Assembly (NCBI GenBank): GCA_046563655.1
Contig: CM102287.1
Span: 2,170,001-2,234,000 of the forward strand
DNA: 64,000 nucleotides
From: Yuukianura sp. NJ FZ-2021
Taxonomy: Eukaryota
Direction of reading: 5' to 3'
The position numbers and the translations under genes are program-made. The number at the start of each line of letters is the position of its first letter. Position 1 is the stretch's first letter. Below the pieces are notes generated by a model. That model was not told where the DNA came from and did no database searches. It was given only the letters and a program-made list of their open reading frames with translations. Shown one piece after another: positions 59,501 through 64,000 of this stretch.

Positions 59501-62500
59501 ATTTTCAAAAATCAAAATGTTAGGGAGTATGAACAAGGCTTAACAACAAAATTTTCAAAAATCAAAATGTTAGGGAGTATGAACAAGGCTTAACAACAAA
59601 ATTTTCAAAAATCAAAATGTTAGGGAGTATGAACAAGGCTTAACAACAAAATTTTCAAAAATCAAAATGTTAGGGAGTATGAACAAGGCTTAACAACAAA
59701 ATTTTCAAAAATCAAAATGTTAGGGAGTATGAACAAGGCTTAACAACAAAATTTTCAAAAATCAAAATGTTAGGGAGTATGAACAAGGCTTAACAACAAA
59801 ATTTTCAAAAATCAAAATGTTAGGGAGTATGAACAAGGCTTAACAACAAAATTTTCAAAAATCAAAATGTTAGGGAGTATGAACAAGGCTTAACAACAAA
59901 ATTTTCAAAAATCAAAATGTTAGGGAGTATGAACAAGGCTTAACAACAAAATTTTCAAAAATCAAAATGTTAGGGAGTATGAACAAGGCTTAACAACAAA
60001 ATTTTCAAAAATCAAAATGTTAGGGAGTATGAACAAGGCTTAACAACAAAATTTTCAAAAATCAAAATGTTAGGGAGTATGAACAAGGCTTAACAACAAA
60101 ATTTTCAAAAATCAAAATGTTAGGGAGTATGAACAAGGCTTAACAACAAAATTTTCAAAAATCAAAATGTTAGGGAGTATGAACAAGGCTTAACAACAAA
60201 ATTTTCAAAAATCAAAATGTTAGGGAGTATGAACAAGGCTTAACAACAAAATTTTCAAAAATCAAAATGTTAGGGAGTATGAACAAGGCTTAACAACAAA
60301 ATTTTCAAAAATCAAAATGTTAGGGAGTATGAACAAGGCTTAACAACAAAATTTTCAAAAATCAAAATGTTAGGGAGTATGAACAAGGCTTAACAACAAA
60401 ATTTTCAAAAATCAAAATGTTAGGGAGTATGAACAAGGCTTAACAACAAAATTTTCAAAAATCAAAATGTTAGGGAGTATGAACAAGGCTTAACAACAAA
60501 ATTTTCAAAAATCAAAATGTTAGGGAGTATGAACAAGGCTTAACAACAAAATTTTCAAAAATCAAAATGTTAGGGAGTATGAACAAGGCTTAACAACAAA
60601 ATTTTCAAAAATCAAAATGTTAGGGAGTATGAACAAGGCTTAACAACAAAATTTTCAAAAATCAAAATGTTAGGGAGTATGAACAAGGCTTAACAACAAA
60701 ATTTTCAAAAATCAAAATGTTAGGGAGTATGAACAAGGCTTAACAACAAAATTTTCAAAAATCAAAATGTTAGGGAGTATGAACAAGGCTTAACAACAAA
60801 ATTTTCAAAAATCAAAATGTTAGGGAGTATGAACAAGGCTTAACAACAAAATTTTCAAAAATCAAAATGTTAGGGAGTATGAACAAGGCTTAACAACAAA
60901 ATTTTCAAAAATCAAAATGTTAGGGAGTATGAACAAGGCTTAACAACAAAATTTTCAAAAATCAAAATGTTAGGGAGTATGAACAAGGCTTAACAACAAA
61001 ATTTTCAAAAATCAAAATGTTAGGGAGTATGAACAAGGCTTAACAACAAAATTTTCAAAAATCAAAATGTTAGGGAGTATGAACAAGGCTTAACAACAAA
61101 ATTTTCAAAAATCAAAATGTTAGGGAGTATGAACAAGGCTTAACAACAAAATTTTCAAAAATCAAAATGTTAGGGAGTATGAACAAGGCTTAACAACAAA
61201 ATTTTCAAAAATCAAAATGTTAGGGAGTATGAACAAGGCTTAACAACAAAATTTTCAAAAATCAAAATGTTAGGGAGTATGAACAAGGCTTAACAACAAA
61301 ATTTTCAAAAATCAAAATGTTAGGGAGTATGAACAAGGCTTAACAACAAAATTTTCAAAAATCAAAATGTTAGGGAGTATGAACAAGGCTTAACAACAAA
61401 ATTTTCAAAAATCAAAATGTTAGGGAGTATGAACAAGGCTTAACAACAAAATTTTCAAAAATCAAAATGTTAGGGAGTATGAACAAGGCTTAACAACAAA
61501 ATTTTCAAAAATCAAAATGTTAGGGAGTATGAACAAGGCTTAACAACAAAATTTTCAAAAATCAAAATGTTAGGGAGTATGAACAAGGCTTAACAACAAA
61601 ATTTTCAAAAATCAAAATGTTAGGGAGTATGAACAAGGCTTAACAACAAAATTTTCAAAAATCAAAATGTTAGGGAGTATGAACAAGGCTTAACAACAAA
61701 ATTTTCAAAAATCAAAATGTTAGGGAGTATGAACAAGGCTTAACAACAAAATTTTCAAAAATCAAAATGTTAGGGAGTATGAACAAGGCTTAACAACAAA
61801 ATTTTCAAAAATCAAAATGTTAGGGAGTATGAACAAGGCTTAACAACAAAATTTTCAAAAATCAAAATGTTAGGGAGTATGAACAAGGCTTAACAACAAA
61901 ATTTTCAAAAATCAAAATGTTAGGGAGTATGAACAAGGCTTAACAACAAAATTTTCAAAAATCAAAATGTTAGGGAGTATGAACAAGGCTTAACAACAAA
62001 ATTTTCAAAAATCAAAATGTTAGGGAGTATGAACAAGGCTTAACAACAAAATTTTCAAAAATCAAAATGTTAGGGAGTATGAACAAGGCTTAACAACAAA
62101 ATTTTCAAAAATCAAAATGTTAGGGAGTATGAACAAGGCTTAACAACAAAATTTTCAAAAATCAAAATGTTAGGGAGTATGAACAAGGCTTAACAACAAA
62201 ATTTTCAAAAATCAAAATGTTAGGGAGTATGAACAAGGCTTAACAACAAAATTTTCAAAAATCAAAATGTTAGGGAGTATGAACAAGGCTTAACAACAAA
62301 ATTTTCAAAAATCAAAATGTTAGGGAGTATGAACAAGGCTTAACAACAAAATTTTCAAAAATCAAAATGTTAGGGAGTATGAACAAGGCTTAACAACAAA
62401 ATTTTCAAAAATCAAAATGTTAGGGAGTATGAACAAGGCTTAACAACAAAATTTTCAAAAATCAAAATGTTAGGGAGTATGAACAAGGCTTAACAACAAA

Positions 62501-64000
62501 ATTTTCAAAAATCAAAATGTTAGGGAGTATGAACAAGGCTTAACAACAAAATTTTCAAAAATCAAAATGTTAGGGAGTATGAACAAGGCTTAACAACAAA
62601 ATTTTCAAAAATCAAAATGTTAGGGAGTATGAACAAGGCTTAACAACAAAATTTTCAAAAATCAAAATGTTAGGGAGTATGAACAAGGCTTAACAACAAA
62701 ATTTTCAAAAATCAAAATGTTAGGGAGTATGAACAAGGCTTAACAACAAAATTTTCAAAAATCAAAATGTTAGGGAGTATGAACAAGGCTTAACAACAAA
62801 ATTTTCAAAAATCAAAATGTTAGGGAGTATGAACAAGGCTTAACAACAAAATTTTCAAAAATCAAAATGTTAGGGAGTATGAACAAGGCTTAACAACAAA
62901 ATTTTCAAAAATCAAAATGTTAGGGAGTATGAACAAGGCTTAACAACAAAATTTTCAAAAATCAAAATGTTAGGGAGTATGAACAAGGCTTAACAACAAA
63001 ATTTTCAAAAATCAAAATGTTAGGGAGTATGAACAAGGCTTAACAACAAAATTTTCAAAAATCAAAATGTTAGGGAGTATGAACAAGGCTTAACAACAAA
63101 ATTTTCAAAAATCAAAATGTTAGGGAGTATGAACAAGGCTTAACAACAAAATTTTCAAAAATCAAAATGTTAGGGAGTATGAACAAGGCTTAACAACAAA
63201 ATTTTCAAAAATCAAAATGTTAGGGAGTATGAACAAGGCTTAACAACAAAATTTTCAAAAATCAAAATGTTAGGGAGTATGAACAAGGCTTAACAACAAA
63301 ATTTTCAAAAATCAAAATGTTAGGGAGTATGAACAAGGCTTAACAACAAAATTTTCAAAAATCAAAATGTTAGGGAGTATGAACAAGGCTTAACAACAAA
63401 ATTTTCAAAAATCAAAATGTTAGGGAGTATGAACAAGGCTTAACAACAAAATTTTCAAAAATCAAAATGTTAGGGAGTATGAACAAGGCTTAACAACAAA
63501 ATTTTCAAAAATCAAAATGTTAGGGAGTATGAACAAGGCTTAACAACAAAATTTTCAAAAATCAAAATGTTAGGGAGTATGAACAAGGCTTAACAACAAA
63601 ATTTTCAAAAATCAAAATGTTAGGGAGTATGAACAAGGCTTAACAACAAAATTTTCAAAAATCAAAATGTTAGGGAGTATGAACAAGGCTTAACAACAAA
63701 ATTTTCAAAAATCAAAATGTTAGGGAGTATGAACAAGGCTTAACAACAAAATTTTCAAAAATCAAAATGTTAGGGAGTATGAACAAGGCTTAACAACAAA
63801 ATTTTCAAAAATCAAAATGTTAGGGAGTATGAACAAGGCTTAACAACAAAATTTTCAAAAATCAAAATGTTAGGGAGTATGAACAAGGCTTAACAACAAA
63901 ATTTTCAAAAATCAAAATGTTAGGGAGTATGAACAAGGCTTAACAACAAAATTTTCAAAAATCAAAATGTTAGGGAGTATGAACAAGGCTTAACAACAAA
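53581..64000. repeat. Subtelomeric 50-bp satellite (AGTATGAACAAGGCTTAACAACAAAATTTTCAAAAATCAAAATGTTAGGG)n, about 200 units, continuing past the window end
   Basis: Directly visible; apparently invariant from about 57.2 kb onward, with homopolymer-type indels between 53.8 and 57.2 kb. Confidence 0.99.

Overview
Eukaryotic, gene-dense genomic DNA with many ~60-nt GT-AG introns, most likely from an arthropod given the (TTAGG)n telomere repeat. I reconstructed spliced genes by hand: a colmedin/gliomedin-like gene (TM-collagen-Ig-olfactomedin, 392-19692), DCTN2, a ZAD-like acidic protein gene interrupted by a MITE, VTA1, NACHO/TMEM35, an orphan 140-aa ORF, CNK, pinocchio, TMEM39, Ashwin, bves/Popeye and a compact jelly belly/HEN-1-like LDLa gene. 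A 3-exon CEP15/C3orf14-like gene is nested antisense in a colmedin intron and is invisible to the ORF track. Introns and intergenic gaps carry many DNA transposons: a near full-length hAT, hAT/Harbinger/Mutator-type MITEs, Helitrons nested in Helentron-type (DINE-1-like) elements, and a 1.3-kb fold-back. After a 100-N gap come a probable nanopore barcode remnant, about 660 bp of (CCTAA)n and more than 10 kb of a 50-bp satellite, i.e. a chromosome end that appears to be scaffolded internally. No database searches were run; family assignments come from recalled motifs. I found no convincing novel multi-gene system. The best leads are the nested gene, a possible bicistronic orphan-ORF/CNK transcript, the compact Jeb-like gene with its intronic fold-back, and a speculative structured intronic island.
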